A stretch of 64,000 bases of DNA. Origin: Alistipes sp. Lineage in GTDB: Bacteria; Bacteroidota; Bacteroidia; Bacteroidales; Rikenellaceae. Positions 1 through 8,759 of the stretch are shown here, in pieces. The position numbers were made by a program, and so were the translations under genes. The DNA lies in assembly GCA_031285345.1 (NCBI GenBank), contig JAITWI010000008.1, forward strand, positions 36,111-100,110. Direction: 5' to 3'. Under the pieces are notes generated by a model. It did not search any database. It had not been told where the DNA came from and saw nothing but the letters and a program-made list of their open reading frames with translations. Position 1 is the stretch's first letter. Each line of letters begins with the position of its first letter.

Positions 1-2
1 GC

Positions 3-941
3 GGGTACTGCTTCATGGAGGTGTCGTCCCACGCGATAGTTCAGGAGCGCATCGCGGGTTTGACCTTCGCGGGCGGGGCGTTCACCAACATCACCCACGA
101 GCATCTGGACTACCACGGCACTTTCGCCGAATACATCGCGGCTAAAAAACGTTTCTTCGACGACCTGCCGACCGGAGCTTTCGCCCTCACCAACATCGAC
201 GACCGCAACGGACGGGTGATGACTCAAAACAGCCGCGCGACGGTGCGCACAATCTCGCTTCGCGCGCCGTCGGACTACCACTGCCGAATAGTGGAGCAGC
301 ACCTCGACGGAATGCTGCTGTCGATAGACGGAGTGGAGCTTTGGGTGGGCTTCATAGGCCGATTCAACGCCTACAACCTGCTGACGGTCTATGCCTGCGC
401 CCGCGAGTTGGGGGTCGAAAAACAGGAGGCGTTAAGAATCCTAAGCGCGCTCACCCCCGTGAACGGCCGCTTCGAGACTATCCGTGCCACGAACGGCACC
501 ACTGCGATAGTGGATTACGCCCACACTCCCGACGCGCTGCAAAACGTGCTCGACACCATCGCCGAAATCAAAAAGCCGGGTCAAAAAGTGTTCGCGGTGG
601 TGGGTTGCGGCGGCGACCGCGACGCCTCGAAACGCCCCGTGATGGCTCGCCTTGCGGCGGCGGGTAGCGACATGGCGATCCTCACCTCGGACAATCCCCG
701 CACCGAAGACCCCGGTGAGATTCTGTCGCAAATGCAGGCGGGCCTCCATCCCGGCGACAAGGCGATATGCATCATCGACCGTCGGGAGGCGATTCGCGCG
801 GCGGTAGCGATGGCTTCGGCGGACGACATCATACTCGTTGCCGGCAAGGGACACGAGACTTATCAGATCGTCGGCACCGAACGATTGCATTTCGACGACA
901 GGGAGGAGATTCAAAAAGCATTCTTAGATTATGTTGTATAG
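3..941 (+). CDS. murE: UDP-N-acetylmuramoyl-L-alanyl-D-glutamate--2,6-diaminopimelate ligase, C-terminal part (5' end lies outside the window)
   Basis: The ORF is open to the 5' edge. It carries Mur-ligase motifs NITHEHLDYHG, DYAHTPDAL, GCGGDRD, DNPRTEDP and AGKGHE, and is followed directly by mraY. Confidence 0.93.
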   Translation, partial: GYCFMEVSSHAIVQERIAGLTFAGGAFTNITHEHLDYHGTFAEYIAAKKRFFDDLPTGAFALTNIDDRNGRVMTQNSRATVRTISLRAPSDYHCRIVEQHLDGMLLSIDGVELWVGFIGRFNAYNLLTVYACARELGVEKQEALRILSALTPVNGRFETIRATNGTTAIVDYAHTPDALQNVLDTIAEIKKPGQKVFAVVGCGGDRDASKRPVMARLAAAGSDMAILTSDNPRTEDPGEILSQMQAGLHPGDKAICIIDRREAIRAAVAMASADDIILVAGKGHETYQIVGTERLHFDDREEIQKAFLDYVV

Positions 942-2184
942 TTTATTTCAGGGGCTCGATTTCCCCGGTGCGGGCATATTCCAATATTTGACGTTCCGCG
1001 CGGCGGCGGCGATCATTTTGTCGCTTGTTATAGCGGCGGTGTTCGGCGCGTCGATCATCCGGCTGCTGAAGCGGCGGCAGATCGGCGAAGACATTCGCGA
1101 ACTGGGTCTTGAGGGTCAGACGCAAAAGAAGGGCACACCCACCATGGGCGGGCTGGTGATTCTGGCGGCGATACTCATTCCGCTGCTTCTGGTGGCCGAC
1201 TTGGGCAACGTATACGTGCTGCTGCTTGCGGTGTCCACGGTGTGGCTGGGATTGATCGGTTTTTTGGACGACTACATCAAGGTTTTCCGCCACAAAAAAG
1301 CGGGTCTCGACGGCCGCTTCAAAATTTTCGGTCAAGTGGGTTTGGGCATCATCGTGGGTACGGTTATGTGGCTCAGCCCTCAGATTGCGGTGCGTGAGAT
1401 CGAAGAAACCCCCGCTGCAACGACGATCTCCGCGAACCAAACCGCGCAAAACCAAGCCGGCCAAGCCCCGCAAACCGAGCTGACCCTCCAAAGCGGTGCG
1501 CCGGAGAAGACCACCAAAACCACCGTTCCGTTCGTCAAGGATCTGGAGCTCGACTACGGTGTGTTCACGGGCGAGAAAGGTGACAACGGCACGGTCACGT
1601 GGCTTCTGTATATGCTCATCGCAACGCTCGTCATAACGGCCATCTCCAACGGCGCCAACCTGACGGACGGCCTCGACGGCCTCAACACCGGGGTCGCGAT
1701 TCCGGTGGTGGTGGTGTTGGGTGTGTTCGCCTACCTGTCGGGCAACATCATTTGGGCCGACTACCTTAATATAATGTACATCCCCGGTACGGGTGAGATA
1801 GTTATCTTTGCGGCGGCGATGGCGGGCGCGCTCGTCGGTTTTATGTGGTACAACGGTTTCCCGGCGCAGGTGTTCATGGGCGACACGGGCTCGCTGGCCA
1901 TAGGAGGTGTGGTGGCGGTGATGGCTCTGCTGATTCGCAAGGAGCTACTGCTTCCGGTTATGTGCGGAGTTTGGGTTGTGGAGACGGCTTCGGTGGTGAT
2001 CCAAACCACCTGGTTTAAGATAACCAAGCGCCGCTACGGCGAGGGTCGGCGGGTGTTCCTGATGGCTCCGCTGCACCATCACTACCAAAAGAAGGGCTTC
2101 CATGAGTCGAAGATAGTGATCCGTTTCGTGATCCTGTCGATCCTGATGGCGGCGATAACGTTAACCACACTGAAAGTAAGATGA
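931..2184 (+). CDS. mraY: phospho-N-acetylmuramoyl-pentapeptide transferase
   Basis: 417-aa polytopic membrane protein with MraY motifs NLTDGLDGL, FMGDTGSLAIGG and APLHHHY. It has an ATG start and overlaps the murE end by 11 nt. Confidence 0.96.
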   Translation: MLYSLFQGLDFPGAGIFQYLTFRAAAAIILSLVIAAVFGASIIRLLKRRQIGEDIRELGLEGQTQKKGTPTMGGLVILAAILIPLLLVADLGNVYVLLLAVSTVWLGLIGFLDDYIKVFRHKKAGLDGRFKIFGQVGLGIIVGTVMWLSPQIAVREIEETPAATTISANQTAQNQAGQAPQTELTLQSGAPEKTTKTTVPFVKDLELDYGVFTGEKGDNGTVTWLLYMLIATLVITAISNGANLTDGLDGLNTGVAIPVVVVLGVFAYLSGNIIWADYLNIMYIPGTGEIVIFAAAMAGALVGFMWYNGFPAQVFMGDTGSLAIGGVVAVMALLIRKELLLPVMCGVWVVETASVVIQTTWFKITKRRYGEGRRVFLMAPLHHHYQKKGFHESKIVIRFVILSILMAAITLTTLKVR

Positions 2185-3524
2185 GTAAAAAAATAGTAAT
2201 ACTTGGCGGGGGGATAAGCGGTTACGGCAGCGCGATCCTCGCCAAAAAAGAGGGCTTCGAGGTGTTCCTGAGCGACATGGGCGCCATCGACCCAAAATAT
2301 AAGGCGCGCCTGGACGAGTGGGGCGTGCCTTACGAGGAGGGCGGCCACACCGAGGAGCGCATCCTGCAGGCCGACGAGGTGATCAAATCGCCCGGCATTC
2401 CCGACAAAGCTCCGATAGTGAAGGCGCTCGCGAAAAAGGGCGTCCCCGTAATCTCCGAGATCGAGTTCGCGGGACGATACACGGCGGCGAAAACGATCTG
2501 CATCACCGGCTCCAACGGTAAAACCACCACCACCACCCTCGCCTACCAAATTTTGCGGGATGCGGGGTTCAACGTGGGTCTGGGCGGTAACATCGGCGAG
2601 AGCTTCGCCTATCAGGTGGCCACCGAAAGTTTCGACTGGTATGTGCTGGAACTTAGCAGTTTTCAGTTGGACGGCATGAGGGACTTTCGCGCCGACGTGG
2701 CGGTGCTGATGAACATCACCCCTGACCACCTCGACCGCTACAACCACTCGATGGAGCTCTACGCCGCCAGCAAGATGGGCATCACCCGCAATCAGGGTCT
2801 GGACGACAGCTTCATCTTTTGCGCCGACGACCCGGTGACGCAGAAAATGCTTACCGAAAGCGAGCCCCGCCTCCATCGCCGGTTGCCGTTCACGGTGAAG
2901 AGCCGCCCGGTTCAGGGGGCGCGCCTCGAAGATGGCGTCATCCGCGCCAAAGTGGGCGGCAAAACGCTGAAAATCGACACGGCCAAAATGCACATCCGCG
3001 GCATCCACAACATCTACAACGCTATGGCGGCGGGGCTGGCGGCTATGGCTGCGGGCGTGAAACCCGAGAGCATCTCCCGAACCGTCGAGAGTTTCGAAGG
3101 CGTCGAGCACCGCCTGCAACGTGTGGGAGAGATCGACGGGGTGGAATACGTGAACGACTCGAAGGCCACCAACGTCGACGCCGTGTGGTACGCCCTCGAA
3201 AGCGTGACTAAGCCGGTGGTGTGGATCGCCGGCGGCACCGACAAGGGCAACGACTACGAACCGTTGTATGAGTTCGTGCCCAAAATAAAAGCACTGGTCT
3301 GCATGGGCGTCAACAACGAAAAATTGGTGAAGGCGTTTCGCGGCCGCGTCGACGAGGTGCACAGCACGGCAACCTTAGACGACGCCATGGCTCGCGCCCG
3401 AAAACTCGCGCGCCCCGGCGATGTCGTTTTGTTGTCGCCCGCCTGCGCGAGCTTCGACCTGTTCGACAACTACGAGCACCGTGGGCGGATGTTCGCCCAG
3501 TGGGTCGATAAAAACAAGAGTTAG
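2181..3524 (+). CDS. murD: UDP-N-acetylmuramoylalanine--D-glutamate ligase
   Basis: 447 aa with an N-terminal GGGISGYG fold, the P-loop GSNGKTTTT, and DSKATN and LLSPACASFD motifs. There is a 4-nt ATGA overlap with mraY. Confidence 0.96.
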   Translation: MSKKIVILGGGISGYGSAILAKKEGFEVFLSDMGAIDPKYKARLDEWGVPYEEGGHTEERILQADEVIKSPGIPDKAPIVKALAKKGVPVISEIEFAGRYTAAKTICITGSNGKTTTTTLAYQILRDAGFNVGLGGNIGESFAYQVATESFDWYVLELSSFQLDGMRDFRADVAVLMNITPDHLDRYNHSMELYAASKMGITRNQGLDDSFIFCADDPVTQKMLTESEPRLHRRLPFTVKSRPVQGARLEDGVIRAKVGGKTLKIDTAKMHIRGIHNIYNAMAAGLAAMAAGVKPESISRTVESFEGVEHRLQRVGEIDGVEYVNDSKATNVDAVWYALESVTKPVVWIAGGTDKGNDYEPLYEFVPKIKALVCMGVNNEKLVKAFRGRVDEVHSTATLDDAMARARKLARPGDVVLLSPACASFDLFDNYEHRGRMFAQWVDKNKS

Positions 3525-3527
3525 AAG

Positions 3528-4802
3528 ATGAGTAACGACGCGGCAAAAAGTTGGACCTGGCGCCCCGGTGGCGACCGTGCGTTGTGGGGAATAATCCTCA
3601 TATTGGCGGTGGTGTCGGTGGTGGTGGTCTACTCGTCGACGGGCGCGGCGGCTTTCAGCGGCGGCAGACTCGAAGGCAGCCACCTGAACGTGCTGATACG
3701 ACAGGCCGGCATAGTGGCGATGGGTCTGGTGGCGATCTACGCGATCCACAAGATCAACTATCAGGTCTACGGGCGCATGGTGTGGTTTCTGTATTCGCTG
3801 GCGCTCGTGTTCACCGTCATGGTCTATTTTATCGGCGAGGTCAACCCGGCGGCCCCCGACGCCCCGAGGTGGATCCGGATACCGATCATCAACTTCACAT
3901 TCCAGCCCTCCGACTTTCTGAAGGTGGCCACAGTGATGGTGGTGGCTCGCGAACTTGCCCGCCGCCAGAAGACCATAGCCGGGGAGGATGTGATCCCGCC
4001 GCTCACTTCGCGCGCGTGGCGCGAACGCAAGGGGGCGCGAACCCTGGTCGAAACCACCATGCCGATCGTGGCGCCGATCATACTTTCGTGCGGGGTTATA
4101 CTGCCGGCCAACCTTTCGACGGCGCTGATTCTGTTCGCCACCTGCTTCGTGGTGCTGTTCATCGGGCGGGTGCGTGTTCGCGAACTTGTGCGGATGGTGA
4201 TGGTTTTGGCGTTGTTGGCGGCTTTGGCTGTCGGATTTTTGTACGCCATCGGTCGGCCGCCCAAGCGAATGGAGACCTGGGTGGGTCGCTTCGAAAGGTT
4301 CGCGGCGGCCGACGGCACGGTCGACACCTATCAGGTCGACCAGGCGGCCATAGCCATAGCGGCCGGCAAACTTGCGGGTCGCGGAGCCGGAGGCAGCATC
4401 CAGAGGGGTCTTCTTCCCGACGCCGAGAGTGACTACGCCTATGCGTTCATAATCGAGGAGTACGGTTCGATCTTCGGCGGATTGATAGTGTTGATGTACG
4501 TCTGGATATTTTTCCGGGGCATAGCCATTTTCCGAAAGTGCGGCACCGCGTTCCCGAGCCTGTTGGTGCTGGGGCTTGCGCTGCTCATCACGCTTCAGGC
4601 GCTGGTCAACATGATGGTCTCGACCGACATGATCCCCTCAACGGGGGTGGCGCTGCCGCTCATATCCAAGGGCGGCTCTTCGGAGTTGTTCCTGTCGTGC
4701 GCTCTGGGAATGATGCTGGGTGTGAGCCGCCAGACGGGCGAAAAAACGTTGGATAAACCGCGGGCGGAGTCGCTGCTCGAAATAAATCGTACCGAAAAAT
4801 GA
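3528..4802 (+). CDS. ftsW: FtsW/RodA/SpoVE-family peptidoglycan glycosyltransferase (cell division FtsW)
   Basis: 424-aa multi-pass membrane protein with the SEDS motifs ESDYAYAFIIEEYG and PSTGVALPLISKGGSS. It sits in the dcw position between murD and murG. Confidence 0.92.
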   Translation: MSNDAAKSWTWRPGGDRALWGIILILAVVSVVVVYSSTGAAAFSGGRLEGSHLNVLIRQAGIVAMGLVAIYAIHKINYQVYGRMVWFLYSLALVFTVMVYFIGEVNPAAPDAPRWIRIPIINFTFQPSDFLKVATVMVVARELARRQKTIAGEDVIPPLTSRAWRERKGARTLVETTMPIVAPIILSCGVILPANLSTALILFATCFVVLFIGRVRVRELVRMVMVLALLAALAVGFLYAIGRPPKRMETWVGRFERFAAADGTVDTYQVDQAAIAIAAGKLAGRGAGGSIQRGLLPDAESDYAYAFIIEEYGSIFGGLIVLMYVWIFFRGIAIFRKCGTAFPSLLVLGLALLITLQALVNMMVSTDMIPSTGVALPLISKGGSSELFLSCALGMMLGVSRQTGEKTLDKPRAESLLEINRTEK

Positions 4803-6013
4803 GAATAATTTTAAGCGGCGGCGGCACGGGCGGCCACATATATCCGGCGGTGGCGGTGGCCGAGGCGCTCAAACGCAGACTCGGCGACGATGTCGAGTTG
4901 CTGTTCGTGGGCGCCGCGGGCAAGATGGAGATGGAGAAGATCCCCGCTTTGGGTTACCGGATCGAGGGTCTGCCGACGGCGGGTCTGCACCGTAAGTTGG
5001 ACGCGCGCAACCTGCTGCTGCCGCTGAAGATAGCGCGCAGCCTGCGTATGGCCCGAAAGGTTATAAGAGATTTCGGTGCCGACGCGGTGGTGGGTTTCGG
5101 CGGCTACGCGTCGGGCCCGGTGCTCAGGGTGGCTCAGCGGATGGGCATCCCCACGGTGATTCAGGAGCAGAACTCCTACGCCGGCTTAACCAACAAACTG
5201 TTGGGCAAGCGGGCGCAAAAAATTTGCGTCGCCTACGAAGGCATGGAGCGGTTTTTCCCGCCCGAACGGCGCTCTTCCGCCGGCAGTTCCTCGTCCGCCC
5301 GGCCTTACCGCGTCGCCAACTCCTCGTCCGACCTGCCTTCTGCCTCCGACCGACTTTCCACTGCCGGCCGTATAGAGTTGACGGGCAATCCATTGCGTGG
5401 CGACTTTTCGGTGCAACCCTCGCGCGAGGAGGCGTTGGCGTACTTCGGCTTCACGCCCGACAAACCGGTACTGTTGGTGGTGGGCGGGAGCTTGGGCAGC
5501 CGCACCCTCAACGACATGATGAAGCGCCATGTGGAACGGCTCGCTTCCGACGCCGAAATTCAGGTGATTTGGCAGACGGGCAAGTTCTACGAGACTGAGA
5601 TCGACGGGTTTATGGCCGAAAAGTTCGGCGATGGCAAGCCCGTGCAAAACATCTGGCGCAACAAATTCATCGACCGGATGGACTACGCCTACGCGGCGGC
5701 TGATTTGGTAATTTCGCGCAGCGGCGCCACCACGGTGTCGGAGCTCAGCCTGCTGGGCAAAGCTACGCTGTTCGTGCCCTCGCCCAACGTGTCGGAGGAT
5801 CATCAGACCAAAAACGCTATGGCGCTTGTGGAGCGCGGCGCGGCGGAGATATGTCCCGACTCGATGGCCGTCGAGCGGGCAATTCCGCTGGCGTTGAGGC
5901 TTTTGGGCGATCGCGCGCGCCTCGACGAACTGTCGGCGGGTATTCGCCGTTTGGCCATCGCCGACTCCGCCGACCGGGTGGCCGAAATCGTCACCCGATT
6001 GATAACCGGCTAA
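4799..6013 (+). CDS. murG: undecaprenyldiphospho-muramoylpentapeptide beta-N-acetylglucosaminyltransferase
   Basis: 404 aa with GGGTGGHIYPA, TGNPLR, SRSGATTVSEL and HQTKNA motifs. It carries an extra Ser-rich block of about 33 aa at 5270-5368. Confidence 0.95.
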   Translation: MRIILSGGGTGGHIYPAVAVAEALKRRLGDDVELLFVGAAGKMEMEKIPALGYRIEGLPTAGLHRKLDARNLLLPLKIARSLRMARKVIRDFGADAVVGFGGYASGPVLRVAQRMGIPTVIQEQNSYAGLTNKLLGKRAQKICVAYEGMERFFPPERRSSAGSSSSARPYRVANSSSDLPSASDRLSTAGRIELTGNPLRGDFSVQPSREEALAYFGFTPDKPVLLVVGGSLGSRTLNDMMKRHVERLASDAEIQVIWQTGKFYETEIDGFMAEKFGDGKPVQNIWRNKFIDRMDYAYAAADLVISRSGATTVSELSLLGKATLFVPSPNVSEDHQTKNAMALVERGAAEICPDSMAVERAIPLALRLLGDRARLDELSAGIRRLAIADSADRVAEIVTRLITG

Positions 6014-6041
6014 CGCAATACGCGCGTAACGAATAATAATC

Positions 6042-7667
6042 ATGATAAAAAACATATATTTCATCGGCATCGGCGGCATCGGCATGAGCGCGCTGGCTCG
6101 CTATTTCCTCCACAAAGGGGCGCATGTGGCGGGTTACGACCTGACGGAAACCCCTCTTACCAAGGCGCTTGCCAAAGAGGGCGCGGCGATTCACTACGCC
6201 GACGATCCGGCGCTTATTCCGCCCGGGTTTCGCGATCCGGCCACCACCACGGTAGTCTACACCCCAGCCGTGCCGTCCGACCACCGGGAGCTGACGTGGT
6301 TTCGCGAGGGTGGTTTCATGATAGCCAAGCGCGCTGAAATACTGGGAATTATCTCGCGCGACCACTTCACCATGGCCGTCGCCGGCACCCATGGCAAAAC
6401 CACCGTCACCACCCTCACCGCATGGCTAAACCGGGTGCTTTACGACGGCGAAAGCGGGAGCGGCGGCAATGGTAGCTGCAAAGACAGAGGCAATGGCGGC
6501 GGCAGCGCGTTTTTGGGCGGCATTTCCAAAAATTTCGACAGCAACCTTGTCCTCGGAAAGGATGACCGTTTGGTTGTCGAGGCCGACGAGTTATCTCCTT
6601 CACAAGATGCCTCCACCGCCTGCGGCGACGGTCGGCGTTCGGTCGATGAGCTTGCTTGGCAAGGTCGGCCCCGCCTTGTTGTCGAGGCCGACGAGTACGA
6701 CAGATCGTTTTTAAGACTTTCGCCCGACGTGGCGGTCATCACGAGCGCCGATGCCGACCATTTGGACATCTACGGCACCCACGAGGCGGTCAAAGAGGCG
6801 TTCTCGCAGTTCGTGGGTCGCATTTCGCCGACCGGGGCGGTTATTGTCAACAAAAAAGCCGACGTCGCGATCCCCGGCGGGACGCTCGCCAAATACTCCT
6901 ATTCGCTCGACGATCCGGAGACGGACTTCTACGCGGCGAACATCCACGTCCTGCCGAGCGGCCACTATACATTCGACATAGCCACCCCCGATGGCCTCAT
7001 CGAGAAATGCACACTCGGCATCACGGGCAAGATCAACGTCGAGAACAGCGTCGCCGCGGTCGCCCTGATGTGGGCCGCCGCAAAACTCCGCGAAGAACCT
7101 CTCGACGAGGCGAAACTTCGCTCCGGGCTTGCAGACTTCAGCGGGGTCAAAAGGCGCTTCGACATCCACGTCAACACCCCCCCGGCGGTCTACATGGACG
7201 ACTACGCCCACCATCCGGACGAACTTCGCGCCGCGCTCACCTCGCTGCGCGCGATGTTTCCGGGGCGCAGGATCACCGCCGTTTTTCAGCCCCACCTCTA
7301 CTCGCGGACGAGGGATTTCGCCGCCGGGTTCGCGGAGGCGCTATCCAACGCGGACGAGCTCATACTCACCCCCATATACCCGGCGCGCGAAGAGCCGATC
7401 CCCGGCGTCGACTCCGGGACGATCGGCGCACTCGTCAAAAACATCCCCTGGTGTGTGGTGGCTAAAGAGGGGCTCGCCGACGCCATCGCCGCCCGCGACA
7501 CCGATGTGGTGGTGACCTTCGGGGCGGGCAACATCGACAATCATGTCGCCGAGATAGCCCGGGTCGTGAGCCGAAAAGCCGCGACTGTCGGGGAAGAGGC
7601 GGCAGGTAAAGAAACGGTCGAAAAACTCGGAAAATTCGAAAGTCAGAGTAGTGGGCAGAGCGATTAA
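6042..7667 (+). CDS. murC: UDP-N-acetylmuramate--L-alanine ligase carrying an in-frame repeat-element insertion
   Basis: 541 aa with GIGGIGMSALA, GTHGKTT, EADEYDRSF, DADHLDIYG and DYAHHPDE motifs. The frame is intact despite the 105-nt insertion at 6591-6695 and a Gly/Ser-rich block near 6445-6500. Confidence 0.93.
   Translation: MIKNIYFIGIGGIGMSALARYFLHKGAHVAGYDLTETPLTKALAKEGAAIHYADDPALIPPGFRDPATTTVVYTPAVPSDHRELTWFREGGFMIAKRAEILGIISRDHFTMAVAGTHGKTTVTTLTAWLNRVLYDGESGSGGNGSCKDRGNGGGSAFLGGISKNFDSNLVLGKDDRLVVEADELSPSQDASTACGDGRRSVDELAWQGRPRLVVEADEYDRSFLRLSPDVAVITSADADHLDIYGTHEAVKEAFSQFVGRISPTGAVIVNKKADVAIPGGTLAKYSYSLDDPETDFYAANIHVLPSGHYTFDIATPDGLIEKCTLGITGKINVENSVAAVALMWAAAKLREEPLDEAKLRSGLADFSGVKRRFDIHVNTPPAVYMDDYAHHPDELRAALTSLRAMFPGRRITAVFQPHLYSRTRDFAAGFAEALSNADELILTPIYPAREEPIPGVDSGTIGALVKNIPWCVVAKEGLADAIAARDTDVVVTFGAGNIDNHVAEIARVVSRKAATVGEEAAGKETVEKLGKFESQSSGQSD
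6571..6695 (+). mobile_element. Short repeat element copy A (85-nt insert at 6591-6675) flanked by a 20-bp direct duplication of murC sequence (6571-6590 and 6676-6695)
   Basis: The flanking repeats are tggttgtcgaggccgacgag and ttgttgtcgaggccgacgag. The insert core gatgcctccaccgcctgcggcgacggtcggcgttcggtcgatgagc matches the reverse complement of 49298-49397 with a few mismatches. Confidence 0.75.
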
Positions 7668-8757
7668 CATAGTCGTGGCCACGGTTATGTGGTGCGCCGT
7701 GGTGGCCTATCTGGTCGTCATGGCCGACTACGTTCCCGAGCGAAGGAGCGCCGTGGTGGTCGAAAGCGTGCGCATCGTGGTGGTGGACACGGCCGACGTG
7801 CGCACCGTGAGCCGCGAAAAGGTGACGCGTATTCTCTCTCTGAACACAGATTCGCCGACAGGCCTTCCCGTCGACAGCATCGACGTCGGCGCGATAGAGA
7901 ACGCCCTTGCGGCCCTTCCCGAAGTGAAGCGAGCGAGCGTTAGGTGCGATCTGGAGGGTGTGCTGACGATAAGGGTCGAGGGTCGCGCCCCCATGCTGCG
8001 CGTGAGGAGCGATGGCGGCTACCGTTTTTGGCTTTCCGACGACGGCTACATCATTCCGGACGAGGGCGTGTTCGGGGCTTACGTTCCGGTGGTGACGGGC
8101 TCCATCCCGTTCCCGTTCGGCCCCTCCGCCTCGGGCAGCTACGCGGCGATCCGAAGGGCCGACTACGACGACTACCTCGGGCGCTTTACGGCCATCGAGG
8201 CGGAGCGCGGGCGGCTCTCCTCGGAACTTGCGGATATTCGCGGAAAACTTCGCGCCGCCCGTTCGTCGGGGCCCAAGCGATTTTGGCGCGACGATCGCAA
8301 AGAACGTTTCGCCGCCGATCGCCTCGTTCGCATCGCCGAACACGAGGCCGAAGTGGCGAAAACGGAGACCGCGCTGCGCGAATTGGCCTCTAAAAAGGCT
8401 TCTTTGATCGAAAAAGAAAAAAAATCGCACGAAAGTTACATTTTTTTAACCAAACTCGCTAACTTTGTGGGAATCGTCGAGCGCGACGATTTTTGGAGCG
8501 CTCAGATTGTGCAGATAAACGTTCCGGGCGACGCTCCGGGTTCCAACGGCAACCCCTACCGCTGGCGCGAGCCCGAGTTGGAGCTCGTTCCCCGGGCGGG
8601 CGACCACACGGTGCTGCTGGGGCGGCTGGACGGAGACGAAAAACAGAAACTCGAAAAACTGCGTTTGTTCTATCTCGACGGCCTACGGCACGAGGGTTGG
8701 GACAGGTTCGGTCGTATAGATATAAGATATAAAGATCAGATAGTGTGCACGCGATAG
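7651..8757 (+). CDS. ftsQ: cell division protein FtsQ-like (TM helix plus POTRA-like region, with a charged helical insertion)
   Basis: It occupies the dcw position between murC and ftsA. The GTG start at 7651 is needed to include the TM helix INIVVATVMWCAVVAYLVVMA, and the similarity is otherwise weak. An alternative ATG lies at 7687. Confidence 0.7.
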   Translation: MGRAINIVVATVMWCAVVAYLVVMADYVPERRSAVVVESVRIVVVDTADVRTVSREKVTRILSLNTDSPTGLPVDSIDVGAIENALAALPEVKRASVRCDLEGVLTIRVEGRAPMLRVRSDGGYRFWLSDDGYIIPDEGVFGAYVPVVTGSIPFPFGPSASGSYAAIRRADYDDYLGRFTAIEAERGRLSSELADIRGKLRAARSSGPKRFWRDDRKERFAADRLVRIAEHEAEVAKTETALRELASKKASLIEKEKKSHESYIFLTKLANFVGIVERDDFWSAQIVQINVPGDAPGSNGNPYRWREPELELVPRAGDHTVLLGRLDGDEKQKLEKLRLFYLDGLRHEGWDRFGRIDIRYKDQIVCTR

Positions 8758-8759
8758 AT

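Noticed and set aside
6042-7667. murC as a pseudogene disrupted by an insertion.
   Set aside because: The insertion is exactly 105 nt and free of stops. All Mur-ligase motifs downstream remain in frame, and a complete copy of the split motif is regenerated.
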